DNA of 39,891 nucleotides from Perkinsus olseni (Eukaryota): NCBI GenBank assembly GCA_013115125.1, contig JABANN010000318.1, positions 1 to 39,891 of the forward strand, read 5' to 3'. Shown piece by piece: positions 38,195 to 39,891 of this stretch (position 1 is its first letter; each line of letters starts with the position of its first letter). The notes under the pieces were generated by a model. It saw only the letters and a program-made list of their open reading frames with translations, ran no database searches and was not told where the DNA came from. The position numbers and the translations under genes were made by a program.

Positions 38195-39127
38195 CTACAG
38201 GTCCCCACGAGGCTTCACCCAGTTGATCTTGTGCTCCGGGGCCTCTAGGTAGAACAGCTTCATATCGACACGATACCTATACGAAACCGTAGGGGCGATG
38301 GGGAGCCCTCAAGACTACTGTCTGTGCTGGACGACCGCGATGTGGCCAAGATAGCAGCCGATGAAGAGCCCGATGAGCCAATCGCGGAAGTAGTGACGAG
38401 CATAGTAGTCGCCCTGAACCCTCTGTCGGAAGGAGTACCACTTGCCACACCACGCGACCTGAAGGATCCAGCTCCGTGGCGGATGAAACGGAAATTGGTC
38501 GAGTACGTAGTCCTCCTGTTTGATCTCGTCTGCAGTCCGGTACGGCAGGGGAATACGATGACGATAGATCTTCAGTGGTTTTGCAAATTTATAGAACATC
38601 TCCTCGTAATCATCATGGGTCATATCTCCCATGATCAACTAATAAGACAGCAGCAAGATGACATCACACGCCCGCTGACCAAGGCGAACCTTATCCGTGT
38701 ACGGCTTCAACTCGGGAGTGTCGTCACCTAGCTTCTTCAAAAAAGGGAAGTACTGGGGCGGCACGTAGTAGGTGTGGCGAATTTGAGTTGCTAACAACGA
38801 TGGCGATGCGTACGTGATGCGGTACGAGGCAAGGCAGGACTCACACAGCTCAGGTGGGATGTGGGCTGGTACACCGAACTCGTCGCGAGGGATCTCCTCG
38901 AACTCAAAATCAGCCTCACAATCATAGTTGGGGTCGTCGAAGTAGGTGACGTAATGGTACGGGTACCCTACGGCGACTCTCGTCAAGAATCCGCAAGCGT
39001 ATAAGTGATTCTTACCTCCGTTATACATGGTGCGCCTCTGCAGTACCGACCCCAGGCCGATGGCAGAATTCAACCGTCGATGGTTGATCAATCCACGATT
39101 CATACGACAGAGCAAACGGGATGCCAT
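38195..39127 (-). CDS. Myzozoan-specific cytochrome c oxidase subunit, ApiCox35-like, 6 exons
   Basis: Arg-rich mitochondrial presequence, then RDEFGVPAHIPPEL, RHTYYVPPQYFPFLKKLG, a single TM (WLIGLFIGCYLG) and C-terminal YRVDMKLFYLEAPEHKINWVKPRGDL*. Subunit identity is from recall, not from a search. Confidence 0.75.
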
Positions 39128-39891
39128 GACGGGTTGGGGAATAGAACTGCGCAACAGTCGAACCTCTACCAATCATCGTGATGGCGGAGCGCCAGGTTTC
39201 GACAACTCACCAACTTTGGCAAAACCCCTTTTTGGTTGTCCAAACAGATGGTTGGTGAAATCTAGTATATGCCCCCCTCAGACGGGAAAAAGCCAACTCA
39301 GATCAGAGACCAACCGGACTTGGCCATAGTTTTCGCTGATAGCGCTTCGCCAAAATTTGAAATGCGCTCGCCCGAGCGCTCAAACCTGGCACTGGGACTG
39401 GGTTTCGCCAAGATGCGTTGGGTGTTTTCTGTATTAGGAACAGGAAACAGTTAATTTAGAGGTAAGTTTCGGCGAAGTCTGCTGGTTTTACGTAAAATCA
39501 CCTGAAATGACGCATTATTTTGGTGAGAAGTTCGCCACAGGGAATTCACCAAGTTTGGTTAAATGTGGTGCCCGTCCAGATTTCGCATAAAAATACTTCC
39601 AGACCTGCTCGGTAACGTATTCCGCCGTAAGTGTGTCGACCGAATCTGCTTGGCGGAGTTCATTTGCGCCTTGAATTCGCCAACGAATTTTAACACTCGA
39701 CTTCGTGTCACCGTGTCACGGTGACGTCACTGACGTCGACATCATGAACACTCTCGCGCCGCTTGGATAATGACTCATCACTAATAAGGATAGTCATCAC
39801 ATGAGATGGGGCTCTCAACGGCCTGGCACTGCCAGGCTGGCAGTGTTGAGTGGAACGGAAAACGTCTTCGGGAACGCGGAGAGAGTTGCCA

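Overview
Gene-dense eukaryotic genomic DNA with many short (about 42-60 nt) GT-AG introns and frequent trinucleotide microsatellites. The myzozoan-type cytochrome c oxidase subunit and the gene architecture suggest a perkinsid alveolate such as Perkinsus (inference). Genes reconstructed by hand-splicing: cytochrome P450, VIT1-family iron transporter, Bdp1-like SANT protein, threonyl-tRNA synthetase (ThrRS), a CAP-like/EF-hand protein, ATG7, a CID-domain protein, an intronless secreted Cys-rich protein, IscA, a Sec12/PREB-like WD40 protein, a decayed kinase fragment, deoxyhypusine synthase and an ApiCox35-like subunit. A 4.8-kb non-LTR retrotransposon (gag-like ORF1; APE-RT-RNaseH-CCHC ORF2) has a (GAA)n tail, an exact 13-bp target-site duplication and two frameshifts. 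The most striking observations are in the ThrRS gene. First, a terminal exon missing from the ORF track would add a Ser-rich linker and a C-terminal hydrophobic anchor, whereas retaining the intron gives a soluble form. Second, a 54-nt intron carries a tRNA T-arm-like hairpin next to a stem that covers the splice donor. All exon structures are manual and need RNA-seq confirmation.
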